In this document: in pieces, positions 49,420 to 64,000 of the stretch
How the letters are laid out: each line of letters opens with the position of its first letter
Numbering within the stretch: position 1 is the stretch's first letter
Assembly (NCBI GenBank): GCA_043228905.1
Contig: JBHGNT010000002.1
Span: 3,658,001-3,722,000 of the forward strand
DNA from: Azolla caroliniana
Lineage: Eukaryota; Plantae; Polypodiophyta
DNA: 64,000 nucleotides
Direction: 5' to 3'
Notes under the pieces: generated by a model
What the model was told of the DNA's origin: nothing
The model's database searches: none
Seen by the model: the letters and a program-made list of their open reading frames with translations, nothing else
Program-made: the position numbers and the translations under genes

Positions 49420-49900
49420 AAACACAAAACACAAAATTAAAAGTGGGAACACGAAAAATAAAATTATATGGTTCGGCAAATTGCCTACATCTACGACATC
49501 CACATGTGGGAGACCACTATTTCCACTAAAAAGATTATTAAGGAAATGCAAAGAAAACAATAAATTTTCTATTTAGTATTGATCTCACTTCCCTATAAAC
49601 CCTTGGTTCCAAAAATGACCTCACCTCTTTAAAAATCCTTAGTCCCTAAAAACCCTTTGGTTTTTACTCTGACTAAGGCTTAGTTCGTTTTCTAAGCATC
49701 TCTCACAAGCACATGAGCACTCAAAATATTGTGTTACTCTTGAGTCTTCATAGCTCTTTTACTTCATTGCTCAATCCTAAAGAAGGAATTCTTATTTATA
49801 GGCCTTTACAAATATAACATGCTCAGCCACTTGTCTAACATGCAATAGCATGCAATGGTTTGCTAATTGAATCCTTATCATGAGCTTAAGATTATGCCTT
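49420..49900 (-). repeat. Possible degenerate solo LTR
   Basis: Minus strand has CCTATAAATAAG (near 49800) and, about 300 bp downstream, GATGTAGGCAATTTGCCGAACCA, a motif common in plant LTR U5 regions. Ends not defined. Confidence 0.4.
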
Positions 49901-51988
49901 CTACAGGGGCATTTTCTTTTGATACCCTCTTGGCTCACTTTTCTTGAGTAGAGGTGCTTTTTACTAAACAGGAGGGGGTTTTCAATAAGTGCAAGCAATG
50001 ATTGAACTTTTCCATGGAAATTGGCTTTATCATCATATCAAGTGTACCATCCTTTATGCAAATTTTTGACAAACAAATGTGTGATGGTCCACTCTCTAAT
50101 TTTGTGATATCAAATGTTGATACACTTTAAACTCACATGACTTGCTTAATTGTTGGAAAAAAGAAATAGCACATTGATTGTCACAATGTAATTGTATACT
50201 AACTTCCTTAAAAACAAGTCCCTCGAATAGGTCATTTTAACTACAAACCTTCTTTTCGTGCTTCGGTAGCTACCATATACTATGCTTCAAGAATAGACAA
50301 ATGAAATTTAGGACGGGACAAATTTTGATGAAAGCAATCCTCCACCAAATTTGAAAAAATGGTCGGTCATGGATCATCTATTATCCAAATCTCCCACATA
50401 TTCAATATTGATATATCAAACGACATTAATTGAAGATGGATTTTTGATGAATTTTTACCATACTCTGTTACCAAGATTAAATTTGGATATCCACTTTAGA
50501 GATGATTGTAAATGGGAGGGTTAAGGAGGGCTAGGTGTGGCATGTTGAAGATGGTGGTATAAGTGGGGAGGAAATTAGATAAAAAAAACTAGGGATTAAG
50601 CACTTTTAAGGCACTAAATGTTTGAAAGTGTCACGGGAACATGCATAAGTGTGTTGTAAACCACGAATCTTAGAATGGGGAGAGACATCTAGTGTTTAGT
50701 GATTCGGTTTCATTCCTAGCTCTCTAGGCTCTCATCTCGTTCTTAGCTCTTCTAACCTATAGGTTCTCATTACATCGTTAGGCACTCTCTTTTTACAACT
50801 ATGCACTCGCTTGACTCCTTGATCCCTTCATCATTAGGCCCTCATTTCACTACTACATATATCATCCTTTGGAATGCAAGGAGTGGGAGGTGATTGTGGG
50901 GAAGGTGTGAGAGGTTTCATTGATGTGGAAAGAGGCACTAATCAATTGGTGGCCTTTTAATTACTGGATAAGCTTTCAGAGAGGACAAGATCCAAGGTGG
51001 CATCTATATATATTTATCGTTAGCTTTTTCCTCGTCATTGTCTAATGGCATCCAAAAAAACATCTCCTATTCTAAAACATTAGACAACTCTTGAACACTT
51101 TCAAGGGCTTGTATATGGTTTGGGAGCTCAACAACATGGTAGCATGACCTTGTTTCTAACGAAAAGCATGTAACTTGTCGATATGTGTATTGTCATCTCA
51201 CTCAAGTTGTTAAGTACATTTGTTCTAGTTACCCAATGTTGAGAGTTATTCTCTACAATCATGATGGGTTTTTTATGTGTATGCTAACCCAATCATCATC
51301 TTTCATATTATATCGAGTAAAGTTGTATATACACATTGTTGTTCTAATGCATCTTTGATAATACACCGTTAAAAGTTAAAGTTGGTCTTTCCAATAAATG
51401 GCACCAAGTCAAACTTGTACTCATGGTTTTGATACCAATTGTTGTGAAAAAGCAACAAATGATACCATGGCAAAGATGATATGGAAATTAAAAGCTGAAC
51501 AAAACAAAAATGAAAGTGGGGATATTAATAATTTGAATCACTTGGCAAATAACCCATGCCCATGTGAGGGAGAATACTAATTACACAAACAAATGCAAGG
51601 GAAATTTCTTAATTGAGCCATTTTGGCAACAAAATATCTCCTACATATTTTGGAAGTTTCAAAAACTATAGTAATGACCACTTTAGGTCAATGGAATGCA
51701 CATTAAATTTGATACCCACTTCCAATCGAATTTCAATGGTTTAATATTTATGCATTTGGATTGGTCATAAAAGATAACTTGAAGTTAAATGTATCCTATT
51801 GCATCTAGGATTCATAATTTTTCTTTTTCTTGCATCATTTAAAGAGTCAAGTCTCCCACTTTAAACATAAAGGCTCACATAGATCAATCCTTCACCAACT
51901 TCAAGTTCATCTTCATTTTGGTTATTGTCACCTTGCAATAAATAACCTGTAAAGGTGAGACGTAGATGCTGCTATGCAACGGAAGCGA

Positions 51989-51990
<2 letters not shown>

Positions 51991-52082
<92 letters not shown>
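51991..52082. repeat. Compound (TG)n(AG)n microsatellite
   Basis: Directly visible. Confidence 0.97.
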
Positions 52083-52083
<1 letters not shown>

Positions 52084-54242
52084 ACATAAGGCAAGACAAA
52101 GAGAGACAGAGCTTGAACAAGAAGATTGGTTAAAATAGAATTACATCCTACCACAACTAAGTTACAAAAGGTTGGTTTAAATACCAATTGATCTAGGGCA
52201 AGTGCCCTTTCTACTAATTACAAATCTAGCCTAGTATGATGTCCATTGGCTAGTGTGAACACTGTCTCTATGGGAAGTTGAGTTTGATTCTCAACAAAAC
52301 CCAAACACTTTACAAGGATTACTCCATACTTCTACTATGGGGTACAATTTCCTTAAATCATTTTTAACCCCATGCAATAGTGAAGTCGGTTGAGTTTTTT
52401 TACGAGCTACAACATTTGTAAATACAACCAAGATGGATGTTGTGCACTTGGCACCTACTCTATTCCTTAACGGAGAGGATGGCAAAGAGTGTGCTATCTC
52501 GCTTTCTATATGACATTGCTCAAGGTACATTTCTTTAGGTGGGATATCCCACAATGAGCACATAGATTCAATATGGTAACAAGCATTGGGAAACCCATTA
52601 TAGGTTAACATGAGCTCTTTTCCTTGTTCTCTAATGTGCATCTCATTTCTTAGCTTTTATACCTCTTTACCATCATGGTCCTTTCCCACTCCCTTCCTCC
52701 TATGTTCATCTAGTTAATTGCATCCCGTTCTCACTTTAACACCTATCATTATTCTTACCTACATTACAATACAATTACACAAAATCAATCAATTGTCAAA
52801 CAACAAATCTTCTTTTCTGTAAAGGCTTCATTTTCAAGAACCATTCCACATGTGCAATGCACCTCTTCAATCTATAGAACAAAATTTTCCTCTCAAGTGT
52901 ATTGATGATTGATTCCATGATGCTCATGTTAGGTACCAAAACTAGGAGACAGACACACTAAAGCACAATCTCGCTGAAAGCACTGCCTTCAAACGTTGAG
53001 TAATAAACTCAAACATCCTTCAATTAATTGCTTTAGAGTTAAGTAACTTAAACGTGATGTTAAATCTATTACGTTCAACAAAACAGGCTTGTTATCTGTA
53101 TTCATCATAAAAAATCATCTTACTTTAGTTTGATATCCATCATACCAATTAATAATTTGCTCCTAAAAACACAACTCTACAAATCACTGCCCATATGTTA
53201 ATGACACCATTGTTTTTAATACAATGCCATGCCATGCTCTTCAACTCAATGCCAATAACATGAAGTTGTATGCCCTTGGTATGTATTCACCCCGATCCCT
53301 TGAAGAGAAGATGTCCTGCTTGATTTACCTCTTTCTTGAGAGTAGACTGCTTGATCTATGGAATCTAATTAACTGAGGTGAAATTCCCCATCTTAAACTG
53401 GCAACATCAATTCATCAATCGAAGACCATTCAAATTCAAAGTACCCACAAGCAGATCATCATATATAACTTATGCATTGACTGATATCAATGCATCAATT
53501 TAACTTCAATCTTTTGAAGTATATCCACTGCCAAACGCCATCCTCTATGAAGTGCAGATTGATAGGCAACACTATTTTGTTACCATCTTTGACTATTGTA
53601 TGTGTTTGAAATATCTCTTCACTCTATCACCTAAAATTAGGCCCCAATGTTTTACTCTCATCATCTTAAACATGTGAATCCAAATAATAGCTTTATTCTC
53701 GTTTCCATCATGAATTTGACCATAAATTCTTTGATTCTTCTCATCTTTACACCCCCATGGATATCCTTCTTGTTTTGTTTCCTTGGCTCTCTCTTGATGG
53801 CTTCAATTAGCCAACATTTTCCTTCTACATCAATCACATGGAATGCATTTCCCCTACACTTGCTTCCCTTATAATTTGAATTCTACTACACAATCGATGA
53901 TGAATTAACCTAGTACTACATTGAACCCAGAAGAGCCAAACTTTACGAGTATACGATTTCTTCTTTGCTAACTTATGCAGACTCTTTGAATTAAATCTTA
54001 GACAATTAGAGTGCGGCAAGGTGGCAATTATTTTCATAGTACTTAGGCATAAGGGAAGAATCGATCAACTATGATAACAAAAGCAATGAAAGAATGATTA
54101 AATTTTGTTTTTTAACATCCAAAAAAAACTTCTCATTTTTTATTGAGACAAAATGCCCCAAAAAATAATCGGTGAAAGCCCTTTGCTTTGCACCTTGATA
54201 CAACAGAAAACTATGTTACCTTGTAGATATCATGCATTCTCA

Positions 54243-57200
54243 TCATAATCCAACGCATTTTGCCCAGCTGAATAGTTTACCCAATCTGTGGGGAAGAGAG
54301 TATACCTTTACAGCAGCTATGTCAGTGAGAAGAATAGAAGGCTTCGACCAAGGATATGTACCCCTTTCTTCTTGATTCCCTTCAACGGTATTATCAAGGA
54401 AGAATGCCACTAGAAATGCAATGGCCATATTCATGGAGAGGGTTGTGTTCAAAAAGAAGTCAAGCTGCACAAATAGAGTAAAATATTTTTATTAGGAGCT
54501 GTACTCTAGGCAGTAAGTCAAGTTTTTACTGACCCATTCTCTTGGACTTGTACCCTAGTGGTAAGTCTAAGTTTTTACTAACCAATGTACCTGGTTTCAA
54601 ATCTCATTGTATGCACTAGTTTACTACATGTGATAGGAGAACGTAGGAGTTGAATAAATTGAAAGGCCCTCAGAATCTCAAGTTGGAAAAGTGACACCTT
54701 AAGATTATAGCACATGCCTTTTATATACTGTTATCTACTATTTTTTACATATTACATACACTAGTTTTTTAGTACACTGTATATAGTATATTGTAATCTC
54801 AAGATGGCTTCGTTCATAAGGCAGATGTTAATAAGTACCAGAAAAATGATGGCAATATTCAGAAATGACGGATGGTTGTGAATACATCTAGACAAAGACA
54901 TATGTCATTGGTATTTGTGAGTCCAAACCCACTTCATGCACTTCTTGTAGTATGTGTCCACCTAGAAACTTACTTTGTCTAATGTTTCACCTTGGAGGCC
55001 TGAGCTACCATCCATACTTTTCTGCAGCCAATCATTTGCCGTCATTTCAGCATATCACCTCTTTTCAGAGAGGTTTCCTAAGTGGGATGATCTGTTTTGC
55101 ATGCAAGAAACCATGGTGGCCAGGACGTATTGCCACTCTAAAAGATCAACCAGCCATAAAGCAGTAGACTGATGTTCAATATCAAATTCTGAGAAAATAC
55201 ATGGTTGTGAAGTCTACTAAAAGCTTATCCAAAGGGAACACTGTGTTCAGCCCACGAGTGTGTGAATCAATTCCAGCCAGATTATTGGACATAGATGCAG
55301 GCCATAAAAGCGTCAAGTGCACCAGAACACTCCCAAGGTCAAACTTCTAGAAAAGAGGAAAAGTAAAGTTCAGTTCAGGCTGAGTATCTGGATGAAAATC
55401 CACGCTGAACTGGCACAAAATCCCTAAATGAGGAAAATGTAGATTGGACTACCTCCCAAGCTAACAAGGTTAGACAACGTGCCAGACTCCAACATATGCC
55501 AACCAACCATATAAAGGTTTATCAGGTAAACCCCTCGGGCCCATTTGTGTCGTGATGAGTAATCTGGTTTTTTCACTTTATGTGGTCAACAGTTTCAATA
55601 ATCTATCATCCCTGAGATGTAGAGATGCATCTATATACATAGCCATCACAATTTTCAAAACTAGGGCCCCGTTGAGAACTTCCAAAACCATAGGGCAGAA
55701 GGATTCAGTAGTAAGCAGTCATTGGTTAATGTTGAGGAAATGACACAAACCAGGTGGATATATTGTCTGTGTCAGTTCACAACCTGACAAATTATCACGG
55801 TATTGTTGTGACAGACCGACAAATGAGGTGCACAAAATTTTATCCTGGTCTTGGAATCAAGATCTGATGAAGGGTAAGAAGGTTTTAGGGCTGTCAAAGA
55901 GTAGTGCCACCTGTTGGTTTAGTTCTTTCTCCTACTGCAAAATAAGAATTTGTGATTTTGTTTTTTGTTTGAAAAATAGAAAATTTGAACTTTCTTTTTT
56001 ATTTGCAAAAATACAAACTTCTAATTAAACCTTCCTTATCCTGTTTGAATATCCACGCAATAATCTCGTTTTTTATCCTCTTGTTAAGATATTATTTTCT
56101 TCTCTTTATAATATAAGCACACAACATCTGCTTGATCTTTTATTGCAAACATTCTTAGGTGTCAATTGATGTTTTCAAACATCTAACAAGGAAGAATGTT
56201 TGTATATTGTAACTACATTATGTATCATTCTAGTATATTCAGATATAGCTAGCAACCCCGCTCTATCTGTTAATGCAGTGGATACACTTCATATAAAAGC
56301 ATACTCAAATGCATAACGAGTCACTAGGGACGCCTTCCACAAAAAATGGTCTACAAGTGTGGAAATGAGGAAGCTTTCTAACTACCTGGGCTGCATGTGG
56401 CTACACTCTCTTCATCAGCAGAGGAGGCTCACTCTCACAGCACTCTTTTTGAGTCCCATTGGTTATGCCTCTGGCCTCCCAAAGATGTTAAAATATCATC
56501 TCTCTCTAAGATTCGGCTGGATATACCTTTTGGTTCCATAGGTCACTTTGTCCTTTTGAAGACGTTAATATGACATTTCATTTCATTTTTCTCATACCAG
56601 ACAGGTTGGGAATATAACTTTGGCTTTTTGGTTCCATAGGTCACTGTTGTACATGTGCTCAGACCGGTTGGAAATAAAAACTGGAATTTAGCTGGGTGGT
56701 GAGCAGAAAAATAGATGGCCATTTGTTAACTCAACATATAGAAATGGTTTTGCTTGGACCATGCTATCCATGAGGGGTATCTTGTTATTAGCCTATCTCG
56801 CTCTTTTTTCGATCATATTTGCAGCATATCAGGTGTAATTATCATATAATGTCCCTATAATCCTGATTCGTATTCATTTGAATGTTCAAGTAAACATGCA
56901 TTGAGTCGACATGGAAAGAGAAACGGTTTGGTTTCGTCACCAAACCATTATTTTCTATATTGCAAAATCTGCCACACTATTGATTGATTACAATGTCTGC
57001 CATCTGCTGTTGTGTATCACATCTTACATTACATGGTTTATTTTTTCATATATAATTTTCATTAGTTCTATCATGATACCTTGTTCACGCTTATCACCTT
57101 ACCTACATTGGTAAATGACTTGTCCTTAAATTCTAACCTGCACAATTATTGTATTGAAAGGTACGATCTCAGAAGAAAATGTCGCATTTGAGTGTCTTGC

Positions 57201-60200
57201 ATATCATATAAGGACATAATCCTCTAAGTTTGGGTATTACAGATCAATTTTATATCGTCAAGTGAGAAAAACAATGTTCAGTTATCAGCATATTCTTTAC
57301 ACTACATCCGGCCATTTCCAGTGGCCCCTTCCTATCCTAGTCCCATGTGACAACAGCTGCATATCATTCCAGTATATGTCGAATTCAAGTCCCCTATCAA
57401 AAAGTCCTGACTGGCCAACTTCTCTGAAATGAATAGACATGGAAGAATGAGGAATAAGGAAAAGTTTAGAGCAGAGTATAGGATGGATCTCTGACTTGAA
57501 TATCATAGAGTCAGACGCAACCTGAAGACCTTAATGAAGGGCACTGAATGTGAATTACAGCGTGAGCATCAGGAATGAAGGTTCACACACCAAAAGACAA
57601 AAAACAGGGTCATTGATCTCTACAAAAATAGAACTGAGCAAGTCACCCAGCAACAGAGATGGACAGCGTCATGAATAGCATGCAGCTCTGATACCATCCT
57701 CTGCCTATCTTGACACAGCAGTGAAACCCATACCCATAGTGGAAAAGGAAAATTAACCGAAGGGAAGTTCAGTGAGGAGAGGTCGACAGTGTGAAGCAAG
57801 CAAAACAAATCAGGATTTAATCACAAACAGCAGAAGGAAAGGACAAGAAAGGATGCCATTGGGGATCATGGGTATTCATCAGTCAGCAGGCGAGACTGGT
57901 GGACCAGATCTAAGTATTAGAACGGGAGAAAGAAATGTCCTAGAAGAATATGCTAATCCCAAAGCACTGCGAACAAACTGGATGCACACATTGAAGCACA
58001 AAGTACTGACTTGCTGAATCAAAGTCAAACGTATCCAGAGCAATAAAAGTTGCTTGGAGGGATCAATCGGCAGATCACATGCTCACATGTGATTCTCAAT
58101 GTCTGACTTATGGTAGGTGTTCTACTTATTTGAAGCCTAGAGCGCACGTTAAATAATATCTTTTCTCATGAAAAACAAATATAATTCAGAACTTTCTATT
58201 AAGTCTTACATGCTTACCCCTACAAAACCAGTTCGAATTGGACCATGTGCAGCAACTGTGTATGGCTGAAAGAAATTTGCTGTAGTTGTCGGAGTTGAAC
58301 CTCCAGCATATTGCTGAAAGTATACTGGAACAGATAATGATAAAAATATTGACGACCCCACAATTATGACATTGCGTGACCTTCCCGTATCACTGTATCG
58401 CATATTGGATAATCCAAGTGCTGTAACCATTATCCATGTGACAGATAGCAAAGCTGCAACAATGACCTGAGGTATTGATGCAATAAGAGCACTAATCTTA
58501 CCTGAAATCAATATCAGAATAACCACATGAGACTACAAAAATTTGCCTTTTTTAAACAAATATGTGCATTGTAAAAATTACTTACCAAAAACAGAGGCAA
58601 TCATAAGTATACATGCTCCACATCGAATGGCTTTGCGGTTTCCTATCTTTGTAACTGCGATAGTATGAACATTTTCTGTCAATGTAGTTACACCCGTACC
58701 AATTCCCCATAGACCAGCCAAGATACTGTTTAGGCCCTCCACGCCAATCGCTCTCCCAACAATTCCAGGGGTCGGGGCTCTTGTTTCCACGAGTAAAGAT
58801 GAAGCATGGTATGACCCAATCTGATTATCAATAGTTTGTATAAGAGTTTCCTTTTTTTAAATGGAAAACTATAGGATTCGATAAAGCAAACAGGGAAAAA
58901 AGCTCCCTCCCAAATATCCTTGAGTCTTTTCTTTATTTCCCCAATTTTCCTTGAATTGTTCAATTGATTAAGGGGTATTTCAAAGTTTTTCCCATATATA
59001 GAGATACTCTGAAATACCCCTGGGTGTTTGTTTATCCCCCAATACCCCAAAGTTTTCTTTATTTCCCAAAATGCCCTTGGCTAACCCTAAGTTTTCTCAA
59101 ATAGCAGATATAAATGAGCAGAAAAGGATGAAATGACCATATAAATGCTCAAATAGCACATTTTTAGAGCTTGACCAAGTTCTTTTGGGAACCTAAAGAA
59201 AAAGTTGGGGATATCCTTGAGTTCTATCCATATATATGTATATAGATATATATCAAAATGAGCACGCACCGAGTCTATGGATGCAATAACTGATGCAACC
59301 ATCATTACGCTGATAGTTTTCCATTGAAAGGTTGGCATGCCCCACTGAAATGGATAAGGAAACCGGAACCATGCCATCGTTTTCAACGCAGTAGAAACAT
59401 CTGTACGGCAATGCATCATTGTGAAGGCATGTTTTCTACATGCTTCTGAAATAATATTTGACACAGGTACATGGACACTACAACCATTATAGGTATAGAC
59501 TCCGGCTGATGTCAGAATAAATGCATATGCCCAAACGATCACAAGACCCAATGGTATCTGTAATTTCAGGGAACAAAAAATAAAGAATTCATAGATCCAA
59601 TCACGCCACGCAAGTACATACTACTATATTGTTTTAATAAATTGTAAGATTAACCTTCACACAATTGTACGTCATCACAATTATCCATCAATGAGATAAA
59701 CGCAGTCCAAGATTCTATCAATAGCTTATTCTTTGATTGTTGCATCATCAGCAAGGTTAGAAGATGCCAAGACTTGGTAATGGCATGACTATCTAATCTA
59801 CAACATAATATATCTATTGCGTGTTCATGAGATATGGAAATTTGAAGTGATAAACTTTATCACTTTGTATGTTTTTCTGAGGAATTGCAAAAAAAAACAT
59901 GCTGAGACGAAATATTTTCTTAAAACAATTGTAAACTGACACTCTTACAAACATGGATTTTCTTATCTAATCATGGAGCCCAACATTGAGAACTGATTTG
60001 TGCTTCTCAACCCTAGCAAACTAATTTCATTGTTATGTTTTAGCCTCCTCTCATCTGTTTTGGACAACTTATTATCTCTAAAGTTTGCTATCACAGATGG
60101 GCCCAACTTTTAGGAAACGTTGGTGGCCAATATACAGTTTGTTATTTGCTAATTGTTGGGCAGCAAAAATTTGTACATTCTTGTAAGAAACATTAGAGCA

Positions 60201-63002
60201 TTTTAACTGATACAGAATAGAAGAGATGGATAGGAACATGATTTAAAATGTTGCCTATCCTTTATGAGCACATAAGTAATCAGCTTTTCAGTTGCATATA
60301 GGCATTCTCCATAGTCAAATTACGACACAGCCTTTGGCTACTAAAGGGACTACCATCGGCATTAAATTTAAATTACTGTCTTTCAAATGAAGCGGACCTA
60401 TTTTAAACTAACGAATATCAATAGGCCTATCATCAGTTCCCAAAGCATTATTTTTCTGATTAGAAGAAATTTCAGCCTTGTTACTTTCCTCTGATTTGGT
60501 AGTTACACTATCTGAAAATGGAGCACCTAATTCTTGATTTTTCTAGCATGTCCAGATTTATCACGTGATTTGTGCAGTGTACCTGTTCTAACTACTACCC
60601 CTTCCACCTTTGAAGTGCCATTAGGATGGGTTACATCAAGGGCTTCAAAGGGAAATTGGCCTTTTGGGTATGCTTTCTAACCTGAATAATATTTCTTTTA
60701 CCACTATGTTGCTTTAAATCTCTCTACTTCTGAAAACAAAATGACAATGAGGTCCTGTATAATCGTTGAGTTTGCTATCCATTTGAAGTCTTATATGACA
60801 TTTTAAGTTTCTGAGGAATTGTCTTGCATTTCTATACTCGCATTTTTTATGCAAAAGAACTTCTGAATATTCCATTCTTGAAAGTCTGTTGTATTTCCTT
60901 AGAGCAAGTGTCTCAGAGAACAGAGTAGACTCTTACTGAAGTAATTATCCTACAAATGACTCCTAAGATGAAGTTGGCACTGCCTACTATGATACATAGA
61001 AAAATAAAAACTTGATGTATGACCACTCAAGTAATCAGTTGACAAATAGAAACTCGGCTCTAGAATTAAAATGGTCCCCAAAATACATATGGTGCCACCT
61101 CAGTCACTAAGCCAACAGTAGGATAGAAGATTCCAGATTTCACAATGGAAGTCTGTTTTGTCGAATTGATGTTAGATGTTTTTTAAATTAGAGCTTAAAC
61201 TTCAACAAATACAAACATGTTCAGTGCTCCTGAGAGCAGATTCTAATTTATCAAAGACAACTGCTGCCCAGTTGAATGGTTCAAAGTATTTCAGCTAAAT
61301 TGTTTTAAAGTTGCGGTAACCCTTTTTAACATTCTAGATTTTGGGCATCTCTATCCAACAACATTTGAATGGAAATTATAGAGAATATCCATCCTCTGAT
61401 AATGAGACTTTTTTTATGTTCTAACTTGTAGACATTTCTGTGATATCTATCGATAATACTCAAATGGAATCTATTAAAAATAAATATTCTCTTAGTAGCC
61501 ATTGAAGTTTTTGCAACAACTTTGTCAAGCTTGTATTTTTTTGACAGTCTAAACACAATATCTTTATAGATTTATGATGGATCAAAGTGGAATAGCAAAA
61601 TCTTGGACAAAATGGCTGAGTAAAAAAGTCACCCCTGGTATATTCATGAAGTGAGGAATACGCCTTCAATAGGCACATACAATGATTTGTAACTGCCAAT
61701 ATCTTTTCATGTTCTTCAAACCCTTCTTGAGCATTGTACACGCACATAATATGATAGTACCAACAATCCTAAGGTATCCTTAATGTATAATCTCAATACA
61801 GATGGATATTATTATTCATTATATGCCATAAAATTAAATTCAGACAACATCTTGGGGCGTCAAAAACTTCACATTTGATAGTTTAAAAAATAACTGTTAG
61901 GGGAACTATATTCTATAAGAGTCACTCAAAAAGAGATTCATAAAGAATAAGATATACTTACTGCATACACCTGGAAAATTCGATAACCAAATACCAACCT
62001 CCGCCGCAAGTACTATAAATATCCACAAAAATTAGTTATCAGATATCACTGAATTCGCTGTAATACAATTAACTTCCGGCTCTTCAGAAATTCTAAGCAA
62101 GAAATAGACAGCAAGATTTACCAGCGAGAATATGAGGACCACAAGAATCTGCGGTAGGCCAATCTCCAAACAAGATCCAATAACTGGAAAACCATATGTG
62201 AAGAATGCTAGGCCAACTGCAGCTACAGTTGCTGTAACAACCACAGGGTTTACCAGCCTACACAGTCATGTAGGTACAAATAATGTTATTGAACAATGAG
62301 TGAAAATTCGCAAACATTTAATTCATACTGAAAGATAGAAAGAACATGTGTAAAGTTATTCACAAAAATCTGAAAGAGAAGAAAGATTGAAAAACCTGAG
62401 TAAAAATGACATCATGCCACTATATCCCAAAAGCATTTGGAATGCAGATGCTACAATGACAGCACCTTGAAGCTCTCGCATAGTATGCCTAAACCTCTAC
62501 CAAAACAAAGATTCAGATCAACTTAAGCATATGAAATCCAGAATGTACAAAATTGTTATTCATCTGTTTGCAGATAACGAACATCTGTATGATATGGATG
62601 CATGTATGTATGTGCATATGCATGCGTATCTATACATAGAAAGAGAAATAAGAGAAGCAGCATACATCTGTGCCTATTCTCTGAAATTCTGTGGCATTGA
62701 TAATTGCTAGAGCAGGGGCAAGGTAGACAAATGAAGGTCCTTGAACCAGGGGCAACCTTGAACCCAAGTAAGTGTTCATCAAAGTTGCTATGCCCGTCAC
62801 CATGAGAACAGATGAAACCACACCAGCAGTATCTTCCTGAATAGATTAGTTTAATACAGCTGAAAATACTCTCACATATTCAAAATATGACGAAAATGAC
62901 TTACATCACTGCCACCCATAGCTGGAACAATTATTAAAGGAATGAGAACAATAGATCCAACCATTGAAAGATAATGCTGAAGGCCATATAGTGTGGAAGA
63001 AA
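54243..63002 (-). CDS. NAT12: Nucleobase-ascorbate transporter, NAT11/NAT12 subfamily, 5'-partial. Exons: 63002-62905, 62836-62666, 62496-62396, 62257-62122, 62012-61962, 59557-59270, 58820-58586, 58501-58218, 54464-54243
   Basis: GT-AG junctions with consistent phases. YGLQHYLSM, GSRLPLVQGPSFVYLAP, MRELQGA, MMHCRTDVS, signature TTLTENVHTIAVTK, FLDNTV..EERG. First coding exon lies beyond the window. NAT11 versus NAT12 not resolved. Confidence 0.93.
58863..59098. mobile_element. Small MITE-like repeat in a NAT intron, related to 44108-44147
   Basis: GGAAAACT...AGTTTTCTC ends; 59049-59087 is the approximate reverse complement of GGGGTTAACCAAGGGCATTTGGGCAAATAAAGAAAAACT near 44110. Confidence 0.5.
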
Positions 63003-64000
63003 CTGCATGAGAGAAATTAAATTAAATTAAAAATAATAGAATATATATAATAGCCATGATACCTGTTATTTACGTGTCATGTGATCACATGGTTTGTTGT
63101 ATTCCAATTTTCTTGACCAAAATTTCTCAGTTTGTAGAATATAGAGTGTAATTGAAAGAAAGTTTGGTATATTTTCAATTTCTAAAGTAAATTCGCAAAG
63201 AAAAATCATAAAATATATATAATTGAATAGAGTTTAATTAAAACTAATTAAGCTGGTTCAAAGAACTTTGTAAAGGACAGTTCCATACATAGGTTTGTTT
63301 TATGAAATAATTTGGCTAAGAGAGGCCATAATTCTGAGTTATAAATGGGATGGACAGTTATTACAGAGAACTTTCCAAAGTATTGCCTCTTACATGTATA
63401 AATCTTTCATTTAAGTACCTAATGCACAGACATACACATACAAATATGTGCTTGTGGTGTTTAAACAAATTTCCTCTCTCAATAAATTCTCGAAGAAAAC
63501 AGATTTGAATGTAGAAAAACCTGAAGATTCTGAGAAATTCTACAGCGAAAAACCTTCTTTGAGCAATGTCTCAAATCACAGATGTCAAAATCTGTTTTTA
63601 GAAGACTGAATAACTTTCTCTTCCTTGAAGTGCTTCGTATGAAATCACCAAGAAAGCAAAGAGAAGTACTTTTGAGATGAACACCTACCAAGGCTATCAT
63701 AGTAGTTCCTTGCATATATTGTCCATTTAAATGCCCAATACACATATTTCTATAAGTTGTTCTTAATCTATTAGCTTGAAGGATTACGCAGAAGCATTAA
63801 TCGTTTATGATACTCCCTTCCGTGCATAAATTTTCTATGTAAGTATCTGAAACACATTAGTATAAATAATGCCTAATCTGTGATCCTAAAGTGAAGTAAT
63901 AATCAGCTATGTACAAAGCGAAATCATGAATGAAAGTACCTGGACGCACAGTTCTATAAGTAGTGCTGAATCTTTGATGTTGTGGAATAAAAAGCATCGT

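Noticed and set aside
55080-55145. PWWPGRI peptide resembling a PWWP domain
   Set aside because: Context CFACKKPWWPG..C fits a decayed Gypsy gag zinc knuckle better; short, intronic and antisense to the NAT gene.
56528-56645. 20-bp direct repeat TTTTGGTTCCATAGGTCACT in a NAT intron
   Set aside because: Two copies only; likely a local duplication with no further structure.

Overview
Plant nuclear DNA, probably from a non-seed land plant (inferred from the retroelement clades present). Positions 1-34.4 kb are a deeply nested transposon cluster. It holds three copies (A, B, C) plus a solo LTR of an unusual Ty3/Gypsy lineage, a complete 9.5-kb non-chromovirus Gypsy element (D, 7114-16591), an RTEX-like LINE, two Copia remnants, a Tcn1/Tf1-like chromovirus remnant and a hAT MITE. 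The remainder is AT-rich and carries two spliced host genes on the minus strand: a complete 6-exon RING-CH (MARCH-type) ubiquitin ligase and the last nine exons of a NAT11/NAT12-type nucleobase-ascorbate transporter. Most notable observations: (1) element D has no polypurine tract and instead has a tRNA primer-binding-site-like sequence inside BOTH LTRs, suggesting tRNA priming of both DNA strands; (2) all four A/B/C-lineage insertion junctions read N-CG-N, with a 4-bp TSD; (3) that lineage splits protease from RT at a conserved GGATTTT-TAG -1 frameshift site with a pseudoknot; (4) the B/C LTRs carry an antisense tRNA-like module. All coordinates and alignments were read by eye; no database searches were run.
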